DNA of 64,000 bases. Origin: Candidatus Limnocylindria bacterium (lineage in GTDB: Bacteria > Chloroflexota > Limnocylindria > QHBO01). The stretch lies in assembly GCA_038233215.1 (NCBI GenBank), contig JBBSML010000009.1:12688-76687 (forward strand). The letters are read 5' to 3'. Shown here piece after piece: positions 1 through 8,435 of the stretch. How positions within the stretch are numbered: position 1 is the stretch's first letter; each line of letters starts with the position of its first letter. Under the pieces are notes generated by a model, which saw nothing but the letters and a program-made list of their open reading frames with translations, made no database searches and had not been told where the DNA came from. Both the position numbers and the translations under genes were made by a program.

Positions 1-243
1 GGCCCGCCGCTGGTGCAGCCGTGGACGAAGTGGGTCATCGGCCCGGGCGAAAAGGGCGAGCCGGATGGCACAACCTCGATCGGCTGGGGGCCGCTGTTTC
101 CGGATGCCACGCTCACGATCGAGCTCGATGTCACCCGCGAAGCGGCGGGCCCGGTCGAATTCGACCTCCAGATCCTCGCCGGCAACGACCTGCTCACGCT
201 CGATGGCGACGAGCCCGCCGAGCTGCGCGTCGAGGTGCCCTGA
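1..243 (+). CDS. 3' end of a hypothetical protein (runs off the left edge)
   Basis: Frame open from base 1 (GPPLVQPWTKW...LRVEVP*). Its TGA overlaps the next gene's likely start. Confidence 0.55.
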   Translation, partial: GPPLVQPWTKWVIGPGEKGEPDGTTSIGWGPLFPDATLTIELDVTREAAGPVEFDLQILAGNDLLTLDGDEPAELRVEVP

Positions 244-944
244 TTCGCCCGATCCTGCCGGACTGGACGGACGCCGATCCCGCGCTGCATGCCAGGCTGG
301 GCGCTGCAATCGACCCGGATCGCAAGGTGCTGGCCGCGATTGAACGTATCGTCCCGCTCAGCGGCAAGCGCATTGCGGATGTCGGGACCGGCATCGGTCA
401 CTATCCGATGCTGCTGGCGCGACGCACGGGTCGCACCTACGGCATCGAGTCCGACCCCGCGCTGCTGGCCGAGGCCCGCCGCCGCGCCGGGAATGCTCAC
501 CAGCCCAATATCCGCATCGTCGAAGGGTCGGTGACACGCCTCCCGCTCCGAGATGGAACCGTCGACGTGGTGCTCACCAGCCTCATCGATCCCGACGACG
601 CGTCGCTTCCCGCGGTCGCGGAGGCCCGGCGCGTCCTGCGTCCCGGCGGTCGGTTGATCGCCATCGGTCACTACGGACGCGACGATGTCGCGACACTGCT
701 GGAACCGGAGGTCGTGGAACACGTGATGGAGGCCACCCAGCGCCGCACCGGCTGGTGGCTGCGAAACGGGTTCAAGATCAAGGTCGTCCACGCGCGCCTC
801 GACCTGGGCGACGAGGCGACGGCGCACGAGCTGCTGCCGCGCCTCTACGGCGACCGCGGCCGCGCATACCTCATGGGCGCGCGCCGATCTTCGCTGCAGC
901 TGAACCTGGGTCTGTTTCACCTGGGCACCGCACCAGCAGCCTGA
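240..944 (+). CDS. Class I SAM-dependent methyltransferase
   Basis: Motif I IADVGTGIG and LPLRDGTVDVV...EARRVLRPGG. Start uncertain (CTG 240 or ATT 243); the upstream part of ORF 21..944 looks like shadow sequence. Confidence 0.85.
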   Translation: MIRPILPDWTDADPALHARLGAAIDPDRKVLAAIERIVPLSGKRIADVGTGIGHYPMLLARRTGRTYGIESDPALLAEARRRAGNAHQPNIRIVEGSVTRLPLRDGTVDVVLTSLIDPDDASLPAVAEARRVLRPGGRLIAIGHYGRDDVATLLEPEVVEHVMEATQRRTGWWLRNGFKIKVVHARLDLGDEATAHELLPRLYGDRGRAYLMGARRSSLQLNLGLFHLGTAPAA

Positions 945-980
945 CGCCACAACTCCAGGTTCTTCCGTGCGCTGAAATGC

Positions 981-1009
981 TTGCGGCCACCAAACGCGGC
1001 AGATATCAT
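981..1009 (+). promoter_or_regulatory. Sigma70-type promoter (-35 TTGCGG, 17 nt, -10 TATCAT)
   Basis: TTGCGG at 981-986 and TATCAT at 1004-1009 with canonical spacing; predicted TSS ~1014-1017. Confidence 0.55.
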
Positions 1010-1013
1010 GCGC

Positions 1014-1189
1014 GGGTCCGAAGGTCAGGCTCTTCTCCCCCCGGAGCCTGGCCTTCGGCGTTTTCGTGCCCATCGGCGACCGATGAGCCTGACGACCGCG
1101 CGGGACGGGTCCCGTAACCGCCATGCACCGAGATATCGGTCAACGCCAGCGCTGGGCAATACAGCTCCTCGGACCTGATTGTTCGGAGC
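1014..1189 (+). ncRNA. Candidate ~175-nt rod-shaped ncRNA (6S-like) or structured leader
   Basis: Nested pairings 1017-1029/1174-1187, 1043-1050/1162-1168, 1067-1072/1153-1158, 1075-1084/1135-1147, with an apical hairpin at 1101-1114. Has its own promoter. Confidence 0.45.
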
Positions 1190-1203
1190 AGACACCGAAG
1201 CGG

Positions 1204-1212
1204 TGCGATAAT
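1204..1212 (+). promoter_or_regulatory. Extended -10 (TG-C-GATAAT) for the aldehyde dehydrogenase
   Basis: TGn-GATAAT about 40 nt upstream of ATG 1253. Confidence 0.4.
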
Positions 1213-1252
1213 CAACAACACCCCATGAACCCAGGTTGAGGCACACGACCGG

Positions 1253-2848
1253 ATGAGCACCGCCACGCCGCGTATGAAAATCACCTACGCCACGCTGTCC
1301 GCCGACAACGAGGAGCTCCAGTCGTCCTTCGACGCGGCCGTCGATCGGGCGCGTGCTGACCTCGGCCGGACCTATCCCATGCTGATCGGCGGCGAGGAGC
1401 GCACGGTCGACGATACGTTCGATGATCGATCGCCGATCGACACCGATCTCGTCGTCGCCCGCTTCCCGGTCGGCGGCCGCCAGGACGTCCGCGACGCCAT
1501 CGACGCCGCCCGGGCCGCCTTCCCGGCGTGGCGCGATACGCCGTGGCAGGAACGGCTTGCCATCATGCGCAAGGCCGCCGACCTGATCAGCGAGCGACAG
1601 TTCGATTACGCGGCGCTCATGACGCTCGAGGTCGGCAAGAACCGGCTCGAGGCTCTCGGTGACGTGGAGGAGACGGCGGACCTGCTGCGCTACTACGGCG
1701 ACGAGTTCGAAAAGGCCGATGGATTCGTGAAGCCGCTCGGGTCACTCTCCCCGATCGAGCGGACACGGTCCGTGCTGCGCCCGTACGGCGTGTTCGGCGT
1801 CATCAGCCCGTTCAACTTCCCGATGGCGCTGGCCGGCGGCCCGGCCGGCGGCGCCATGATTGCCGGCAATACGGTCGTCCTCAAGCCATCCTCCGACGCG
1901 CCGCTGTCCGGCTGGAAGTTCGGAGAAGCGCTGCGCGACGCCGGCCTGCCGGATGGTGTGTTCAACCTCGTCACCGGACCGGGAGAGACGGTCGGCGCCG
2001 AGCTTCAGGAGAATTCCGGCATCGACGGCATGGTCTTCACCGGCTCATACGAGGTCGGCATGAAGCTCTATCGCAGCTTCACCAAGGACTTCCCGCGCCC
2101 GATCATCACCGAGATGGGCGGCAAGAACCCGGCGATCGTGACCCGCAGCGCGGATCTCGACGAGGCCGCGGAAGGCGTCATGCGCTCGGCCTTCGGTTTC
2201 GACGGGCAGAAGTGCAGCGCCAACTCGCGCGTGTATGTCGATAAGGAGGTTGCGCGCGAGTTCGTCGACAAGCTGGTGGAGAAGACGCGCGGCATCACGG
2301 TCGGCGATCCCACGAAACGCGAGACGTGGATGGGGCCCGTCATCAACCAGCGTGCGCTCGACACCTTCGCGAGGGCCGCCAGCGATGCGGAAGCCGACGG
2401 TGGCACCATCGAGATCGGCGGCGAGATCCTGCGTGACGCCGACACCGAGCGAGGCTTCTACCCGACGCCAACCGTCGTCACCGGGCTGCCGCTCGCGCAT
2501 CGGCTGTTCCGGGACGAGCTGTTCGTGCCGTTCCTCGTCATCGGCGAGGTTGACTCGCTCGACCAGGCACTCGAAGAGTCCAATGCCAGCGCCTATGGAC
2601 TGACCGCGGGCATCTTCAGCCGGGACGATGCAGAGGTGAAGCGCTTCCTCGACACGATCCAGGCCGGCGTGGTCTACGTGAATCGACGTGCAGGTGCCAC
2701 GACGGGTGCCTGGCCGGGCATCCAGAGCTTCGGTGGCTGGAAGGGTTCGGGCTCGTCCGGCAAGAGCGGGCTGGGACCGTATTACGTGCAGCAGTTCCTG
2801 CGCGAGCAGTCGCAGACCGTCATCGGTGAAGCGTCACCGACACTGTGA
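1253..2848 (+). CDS. Aldehyde dehydrogenase, 1-pyrroline-5-carboxylate dehydrogenase-like
   Basis: SPFNFP, FTGS, EMGGKN, catalytic GQKCSA, YGLTAG, FGGWKGSG. Confidence 0.9.
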   Translation: MSTATPRMKITYATLSADNEELQSSFDAAVDRARADLGRTYPMLIGGEERTVDDTFDDRSPIDTDLVVARFPVGGRQDVRDAIDAARAAFPAWRDTPWQERLAIMRKAADLISERQFDYAALMTLEVGKNRLEALGDVEETADLLRYYGDEFEKADGFVKPLGSLSPIERTRSVLRPYGVFGVISPFNFPMALAGGPAGGAMIAGNTVVLKPSSDAPLSGWKFGEALRDAGLPDGVFNLVTGPGETVGAELQENSGIDGMVFTGSYEVGMKLYRSFTKDFPRPIITEMGGKNPAIVTRSADLDEAAEGVMRSAFGFDGQKCSANSRVYVDKEVAREFVDKLVEKTRGITVGDPTKRETWMGPVINQRALDTFARAASDAEADGGTIEIGGEILRDADTERGFYPTPTVVTGLPLAHRLFRDELFVPFLVIGEVDSLDQALEESNASAYGLTAGIFSRDDAEVKRFLDTIQAGVVYVNRRAGATTGAWPGIQSFGGWKGSGSSGKSGLGPYYVQQFLREQSQTVIGEASPTL

Positions 2849-3240
2849 CCTCCGACGCCACGATCGTGGAGCCCTCCGGCTGGTTTGCCGTCCAGCTCCG
2901 CTACGCCTACCTCTCGGGTGATCCCGAGATGGCGACGCTGGTCGAGGATCGCGTGATCCTGGTGGACGGCTCCGATGAAGAGGCGGCGCTCGGTCGGGCG
3001 GTCGAGATGGCCCCCCAATACGAGGACGACTTCGAGACCGATGACGGCGAGGCCGGGTCCATCCGCTTCGAGGGCATCGTTGCCATCAAGGAGCTCGATG
3101 ACCCGCCGACCGCCGGTGCCGAGGTCTGGCACGAGTACATGTCGCCCGATCCGGCGCGCCCATCACGCGATGACGCGGGCGAACTGCTCCCGCCGGTCTA
3201 CCCGGAGGAGATGGCCTTCCCCCGCGCCCGGGACGACTGA
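2845..3240 (+). CDS. DUF4288-like acidic protein
   Basis: GTG start overlaps the upstream stop (GTGA); WFAV...EDRVILV...EEAA pattern; GAEVW. Confidence 0.65.
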   Translation: MTSDATIVEPSGWFAVQLRYAYLSGDPEMATLVEDRVILVDGSDEEAALGRAVEMAPQYEDDFETDDGEAGSIRFEGIVAIKELDDPPTAGAEVWHEYMSPDPARPSRDDAGELLPPVYPEEMAFPRARDD

Positions 3241-3246
3241 GCGGCG

Positions 3247-4275
3247 GTGAGCGCCTGGCGCATCGCCGCCTACCGGCCCATTCGGCCGCTCCTCTTCCGC
3301 ATCGATCCCGAGCGCATCCACCACGCATCGCTCGCTGCCCTCCGCCTGTCCGGCGGCTCGAGCCTCGGTCGATCGCTGTGCGCGATTGCCTCAGGCGTCT
3401 CATCAGCCGATGCTGTGCGCGCCCCGTTGGACCTGATGGGTCTGCGCTTCCGCAACCGGATCGGCCTGGGCGCCGGCTTCGACAAGGACGGCATCGCCAT
3501 CCGTGGCTGGGCGGCGCTGGGCTTCGGGAGCATCGAGCTCGGTACCGTCACCCCAAGGCCACAGGCTGGAAACCACCGCCCGCGTCTCTTCCGCCTGTCC
3601 CGGGACGAGGCCCTCATCAATCGGATGGGCTTCAATAACCTCGGGGCCGATGCGCTCGCGCGCCGGATCGTGGATGCTCGGCCGTCACTGCCCGCAGGAT
3701 TCGTCATCGGCGTCAATATCGGGCGCAATCGCGATGGTGACGCTTCCGACTATCCCGCAGCGGCCCGCATGGTCGCCGATGTCGCCGACTACCTCGCCAT
3801 CAACGTCAGCAGCCCCAACACTCCCGGTCTGCGCGACCTGCAGGATCCCGATCGCCTGCTCGATCTCCTTGACACCGTGCGCGCCGCGGCACCGCGACCG
3901 CTCATCTTCGTGAAGCTCGCACCGGACCTTGACGCCGGCCGGCTGGAGGATCTCATCGGCGCCCTCGTCGCCTCGCCGGCGGCGGGCGTGATCCTGTCGA
4001 ACACCACGACGAACCACAACGGCCTCACGTCGTGTTTCGCGTCCCAGCCGGGCGGCCTATCGGGCCGTCCCCTCCTGAAACGCACACTCGATGCAGTCGG
4101 TCGGGCTCGGTTCCTGGCTCGTCCCCCCTTCGCGATCATCGCCTCGGGCGGCATCGGATCTGGCGCTGACGCGGCCGCTGCCATGGAGACCGGTGCCGAC
4201 GTGGTCCAGTTGTGGACCGGCCTGATCTACCAAGGACCTGGGCTCATCGGTGATGGTATGATGGCGCCATCATGA
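3247..4275 (+). CDS. pyrD: Dihydroorotate dehydrogenase (quinone)
   Basis: GLGAGFDKDG, GTVTPRPQAGN, INRMGFNN, NVSSPNTPGLR, GGLSG, VQLWTGLIYQGP. Confidence 0.95.
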   Translation: MSAWRIAAYRPIRPLLFRIDPERIHHASLAALRLSGGSSLGRSLCAIASGVSSADAVRAPLDLMGLRFRNRIGLGAGFDKDGIAIRGWAALGFGSIELGTVTPRPQAGNHRPRLFRLSRDEALINRMGFNNLGADALARRIVDARPSLPAGFVIGVNIGRNRDGDASDYPAAARMVADVADYLAINVSSPNTPGLRDLQDPDRLLDLLDTVRAAAPRPLIFVKLAPDLDAGRLEDLIGALVASPAAGVILSNTTTNHNGLTSCFASQPGGLSGRPLLKRTLDAVGRARFLARPPFAIIASGGIGSGADAAAAMETGADVVQLWTGLIYQGPGLIGDGMMAPS

Positions 4276-4520
4276 CACAGCGCACCCAGATTACCCTGGA
4301 TTCGGCTGATCATTGGAGGGCCCGCCGCAGGGCAGCCGACCTCGGCGTCTCACTGGCCGAATACCTTCGTCGGCTCGTCCGCGCAGACCTCGGAGGTGAG
4401 CAGAGCCGGGGGGATGTGTCGACGCTCTTCGCGCTGGGCGACTCTGGCGGCTCCGACATCGCACGCCACAAGGACGCGTACATCGGCGATGCGGTCGAAG
4501 CCGAGCATCCGAGGCGTTGA
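4272..4520 (+). CDS. Antitoxin, CopG/RHH-like (VapB)
   Basis: 82 aa; RTQITLD...RRAADLGVSLAEYLRRLV; SGGSDIARHKD tail; overlaps the PIN gene. Confidence 0.8.
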   Translation: MTQRTQITLDSADHWRARRRAADLGVSLAEYLRRLVRADLGGEQSRGDVSTLFALGDSGGSDIARHKDAYIGDAVEAEHPRR

Positions 4521-4930
4521 CCCTGTTCGTCGACACCTCGGCGTTTTATGCGGCCGCTGATCTCGGGGACAGCAGTCATGCGCGCGCCATCGACATCTTG
4601 GGAGCGGGCGAACCTCTCCTGACCACGGATCACGTCATCGTCGAGTGCTGGCTCTTGCTCCAGCGCCGGCTGGGTCGAGACGCGGCTGAACGCTTCTGGG
4701 CTGCCATCCGGTCCACCGCGACGTCGGTGGAACCGGCCGGTCCGGCGGATTTCGAGGCCGCCTGGAGCATCGGCCTGGCATTCGTCGACCAGGGCTTCTC
4801 CATCGTCGATCGAACGAGCTTCGCCGTCATGCAGCGACTGGGCATCGTGCGCGCCGCCTCGTTCGACGATGACTTCGCCATCTACCGCTTCGGGAGGCGT
4901 CGAGAGCGCGCCTTCGAGGTCGTGCGATGA
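4517..4930 (+). CDS. vapC: PIN-domain toxin (VapC)
   Basis: LFVDTSAFYA, TTDHVIVE, SIVDRTSF, SFDDDF acidic residues. Confidence 0.9.
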   Translation: MTLFVDTSAFYAAADLGDSSHARAIDILGAGEPLLTTDHVIVECWLLLQRRLGRDAAERFWAAIRSTATSVEPAGPADFEAAWSIGLAFVDQGFSIVDRTSFAVMQRLGIVRAASFDDDFAIYRFGRRRERAFEVVR

Positions 4931-4940
4931 TCGGCCTCGC

Positions 4941-5207
4941 ATGATCCCCACCGCCATCCTCTTCAGCCCTCTCGCGATCGCGGGCTTCGTCACGGGCGTC
5001 GTCGTCGCGTATCTCGCGGGACGCGTGCGAGGCGATCCCGGGCAGGTCATCGTCATGTCGGCCATCGGCAGCGGCATCGCGCTCGCTGGCCTGGCGTGGG
5101 CGAATGCGTTCGGTGGGGGGCCGCTCTTTGCCGCCGCAGCCGTCGGGCTGGGCGCCAGCCTGTGGGCCATCGGCACCGAACGCGCACGCCGTCCCACCAT
5201 CCGCTGA
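4941..5207 (+). CDS. Small membrane protein (about 3 TM helices)
   Basis: 88 aa hydrophobic ORF starting MIPTAILFSP. Confidence 0.6.
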   Translation: MIPTAILFSPLAIAGFVTGVVVAYLAGRVRGDPGQVIVMSAIGSGIALAGLAWANAFGGGPLFAAAAVGLGASLWAIGTERARRPTIR

Positions 5208-5305
5208 CCGGGGGGTTAGCAGGCCCGAAGACGCCTGCTAGGATGCAGCGGACTAGCCAAGGTGCGCGGGCAGGACGCGCCGCTCCGAATCCGGAGTGCT
5301 ACCCA

Positions 5306-6676
5306 ATGACCACCCTCGAAGCAAGCCCCTCGCCTGCGGCTGCCCAAGAGCATGCCGCCCCACATATCGTCACCGAGCTGCCCGGCCCGAAGGCCCGCGC
5401 GCTCATCGCGCGCGACGAGGCTGTCGCCTCACCATCCCTCACTCGCGTCTACCCGCTCGTGGCGGAGTCCGGCTCCGGCATGGTCGTGACCGATGTCGAC
5501 GGCAACCGCTTCCTCGACTTCGCCGCCGGCATCGCGGTCTGCTCGACCGGCCATTCGCATCCGAAGGTCGTGGCAGCCATCAAGGAGCAGGCGGATCGGC
5601 TCATCCACATCGCCGCCACCGACTTCTACGAGCCGCGCTACACCGAGTTCATGGAACGCCTGGCAGCCATCGCTCCCTTCAAGGAACAGGCACGCGTCTT
5701 CCTCACAAACTCCGGGACCGAGGCGGTCGAGGGCGCGATCAAGCTGGCCCGATACCACACGCATCGGTCCGGGATCATCGCCTTCGAGGGCGGCTTCCAC
5801 GGTCGCACCATGGGGGCGCTCTCGCTGACGAACTCGAAGGTCAAGCAGCGCGCCGGGTTCGGGCCTTTGATCCCGATGGTGCATCACGCGCCGTTCCCGC
5901 GCATCCGCGCCTGGCGCGAGAATTCCGGCGGTGACGGCTCGGCCGAGTTGGCGCACCTGCGTGGGACGATTTTCGGGCGGCAGATCTCGCCGTCGGATGT
6001 GGCGGCCATCGTCGTCGAGCCGATCCAGGGCGAGGGCGGCTACTTTCCCGCCCCGACCTCCTTCCTGGAGGGTCTGCGCGAAATCTGCGACGAGCACGGC
6101 ATCCTTCTCATCGCGGATGAGATCCAGTCCGGCATGGGCCGCACCGGCTCGTGGTGGGCGATCGATCACACCGGCGTCGAGCCGGACATCCTGACCACGG
6201 CCAAGGGTATTGCTTCGGGCATGCCGATCGGCGCGTTCATCGCGCGCGATTCGGTCTGGACCTGGCCGCCCGGCGCCCACGGCTCGACGTTCGCCGGCAA
6301 CCCGATCTGCGCTGCCGCCGGGCTGGCAACGCTCGACATCATCGAGTCGGACGGGATGTCAAACGCCGCCGCCATGGGCGCGCGCCTGCGCTCGGGGCTC
6401 GAGCGGGTGGCCGCTGACGTGGATTCCGTGCGCGACATCCGCGGCGTCGGGCTCATGCTCGGCGTCGAATTCGACTCACATCAGACGGCCGGGGCTATCC
6501 AGGAAGCGGCCTTCCGGCTCGGGCTCCTGACCCTCGAGTGCGGCGAATCATCGCTCCGATTCTCGCCACCGCTGATCGTCGACGCCGCATCAGTGGATGC
6601 CGCCGTCCGGATCTTCGGCGAGGCTATCGCCGCCTCAGCTTCTCCGAGGGAGGGGCGGGCAGAGACCGGCGGCTGA
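5306..6676 (+). CDS. Class III PLP aminotransferase (4-aminobutyrate/ornithine type)
   Basis: FLDFAAGIAV, FHGRT, EPIQGEGG, DEIQSGMGRTG, AKG, HGSTF. Start taken at ATG 5306. Confidence 0.92.
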   Translation: MTTLEASPSPAAAQEHAAPHIVTELPGPKARALIARDEAVASPSLTRVYPLVAESGSGMVVTDVDGNRFLDFAAGIAVCSTGHSHPKVVAAIKEQADRLIHIAATDFYEPRYTEFMERLAAIAPFKEQARVFLTNSGTEAVEGAIKLARYHTHRSGIIAFEGGFHGRTMGALSLTNSKVKQRAGFGPLIPMVHHAPFPRIRAWRENSGGDGSAELAHLRGTIFGRQISPSDVAAIVVEPIQGEGGYFPAPTSFLEGLREICDEHGILLIADEIQSGMGRTGSWWAIDHTGVEPDILTTAKGIASGMPIGAFIARDSVWTWPPGAHGSTFAGNPICAAAGLATLDIIESDGMSNAAAMGARLRSGLERVAADVDSVRDIRGVGLMLGVEFDSHQTAGAIQEAAFRLGLLTLECGESSLRFSPPLIVDAASVDAAVRIFGEAIAASASPREGRAETGG

Positions 6677-6897
6677 GCGGGACATGGACCGCTTGCGGCG
6701 GAAGGCCGGCCGCCATTCAGGTTGGCGTTACGACCGACCAGCGGACCGATCCGCTCGGTCTCGGTCGCTATGCCGAGCCAGGTAGCCATACGACCGAGGA
6801 ACAGTCACCCATCGGTACAAGGCCAACTTGGTTGGCACTCGCCGCGGTCCTCCGCTCCGATTGACCGGGCGTCGCTCTGGACCCGGCGTTGCTTTCC

Positions 6898-7084
6898 GCT
6901 ATTGACCAGGGAGCGTGCAGCTGACCGAACGCGCGCCGACCGGCGCCCGCGTCGTGACAGATGCCGTATAGGCGGTCATTAGCGGGGAATCGGCGACGCG
7001 ATAGCTGCGATTGAGCGTGGAGCCGCTGCGGAATCGCCTTCCTGCCGGCTAATGACCACGGAGCGTGCAGCTGACCGAACGCGC
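6898..7084. repeat. 37-bp direct repeat pair 150 bp apart with an inverted arm between
   Basis: GCTA(T/A)TGACCA(G/C)GGAGCGTGCAGCTGACCGAACGCGC at 6898-6934 and 7048-7084 (2 mismatches). GGTCATTAG at 6974-6982 is inverted to CTAATGACC at 7049-7057. Confidence 0.85.
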
Positions 7085-7154
7085 GGCCGCGTGCCGGCAG
7101 ATGCACGCAAGGCGATCGCCTGGCCGAACGCGGCGCCGGCGAATCAGCGCGAGA

Positions 7155-8435
7155 TCAGTTCAGCAGGTCCGAGAGGCTGGTGAGCTTGAAGCCGCGGTCG
7201 CGGAGGCCGGGAATGATCAATTCGAGTGAATCGAGGGTTTCGTAGCCACCGAGGTGGAACAGCACGTTGGAGCCGTTCACCGAATTGCTGATTACCTTCG
7301 CCGCGATCTGCTGAGCGGACGGACCGCCGTCGCTGACCGGCTTCCAGTCGATGGTGTCCACGTCCCACATGAACGTCTTCGTGTACCCGACCGATGCCGC
7401 CGCATTGATGACGCCGGAGCTGAGGGAGCCGTAGGGCGGACGCCAGTAGGGCTGCGGGTTCTGGCCGGTTCCACTGCGCAGGATGACCTCGGCATCGACC
7501 AGTTCCTTGCGAACCCGGTCAGCGCTGAATGGTCCGCCGGCGCAGGGTGCTGTCGAAGGTGAGCCGCCGCCGCCGCGCACGAGGTCGCAGTGGTACATCG
7601 TGTGGTTTGCGATTTCGAACAGGTCGGGATGGGCCTTGATGATGGCCATGACCTGCGCCCCTCGAGGTGTCTGGGCCATGATCCCGGTGGCGAAGATCGT
7701 GGCGCACACCCTGCTGGCGACCAGGAAGTTCATGATGTCGACGGCCGGATCCATGCGGCCGCCCATGTCGAACGTCAGGGCGACGCCGGGTCCCGCATTC
7801 GGGATGGTACGGAACGTCTGCGCCGATCCCGCCGCTACGCGGTTGCCCGCGGTGCAGCTCGCGCCACTCGGCGGCGGCGCGGTGGGCTTCGCGGTGGGCT
7901 GCGCGGTGGACTTCGGCGTTGCGGGGGCGGAGGTGGGAACGGGAACCGGCCGCGGCGTGACATTCGCAGCTCCGCTGACCACGAGGACCCATCCGGGCTC
8001 GATCACGTTCGGGTTCCCCGCCAGCGACGGGTAACGCGCTGCATTCCAAGCCTGGAGCTGCTGGCTGGTCGTGCTGTAGGCACGCGCGATGGCCGCCAAC
8101 GAGTCGCCGCGCTGCACCGTGTACGTCGTGCCTGCGACCGGGACCGCGGTCGGATCTGGCGAGTTGGTCGGATCTGGCGAGTTGGTCGGATCTGGCGAGT
8201 TGGTCGATACGGATGACGCGCTTGGCGTGGGCGATGCGCTTGCAGTCGGATCGACCGACGAGGATGGCGAGGGCGAGGGCGAGATGGTCCCACCGGGAAT
8301 GGACGTGGATGCATCGGCCGACGGGATGGTCGACGGGATGGCTGACATGGTCTCTGCAGGCGTGGAGCACGCCGCCAGGACGACGAGCAGTACTAGCAGG
8401 ATCGGAGCGCAGTGGAAGGAACGCATCGGAATCAA
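7155..8435 (-). CDS. Lipoprotein with Pro/Ser/Thr linker, LysM and NodB-type polysaccharide deacetylase domain
   Basis: Lipobox LAAC; LysM YTVQRGDSLAAIA; TFDMG, NHTMYH, RPPYG, DTIDW, LFH. Start is TTG 8435 or ATG 8426. Confidence 0.9.
   Translation of the reverse strand: MIPMRSFHCAPILLVLLVVLAACSTPAETMSAIPSTIPSADASTSIPGGTISPSPSPSSSVDPTASASPTPSASSVSTNSPDPTNSPDPTNSPDPTAVPVAGTTYTVQRGDSLAAIARAYSTTSQQLQAWNAARYPSLAGNPNVIEPGWVLVVSGAANVTPRPVPVPTSAPATPKSTAQPTAKPTAPPPSGASCTAGNRVAAGSAQTFRTIPNAGPGVALTFDMGGRMDPAVDIMNFLVASRVCATIFATGIMAQTPRGAQVMAIIKAHPDLFEIANHTMYHCDLVRGGGGSPSTAPCAGGPFSADRVRKELVDAEVILRSGTGQNPQPYWRPPYGSLSSGVINAAASVGYTKTFMWDVDTIDWKPVSDGGPSAQQIAAKVISNSVNGSNVLFHLGGYETLDSLELIIPGLRDRGFKLTSLSDLLN
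8148..8206. repeat. 18-bp tandem repeat x3 encoding (TNSPDP)3
   Basis: GGTCGGATCTGGCGAGTT three times, exact, plus a partial copy. Confidence 0.95.

Noticed and set aside
1070-1160. Resemblance to SAM-I (CCGATGAGCC…GACC) and TPP (GCCAGCG…GGG; ACCTGAT) riboswitch fragments
   Set aside because: Core elements are missing or in the wrong order (no AUC-AGAG or CUGAGA); kept only as an unnamed structured RNA.
7040-7062. GCTAATGAC resembling the fluoride riboswitch 3' motif
   Set aside because: The upstream GGCGATG pseudoknot partner is absent and no crcB-type gene follows.
6898-7084. Possible CRISPR array (37-bp repeats)
   Set aside because: Only two copies, a 113-nt spacer that itself contains related sequence, and no cas genes in the window.
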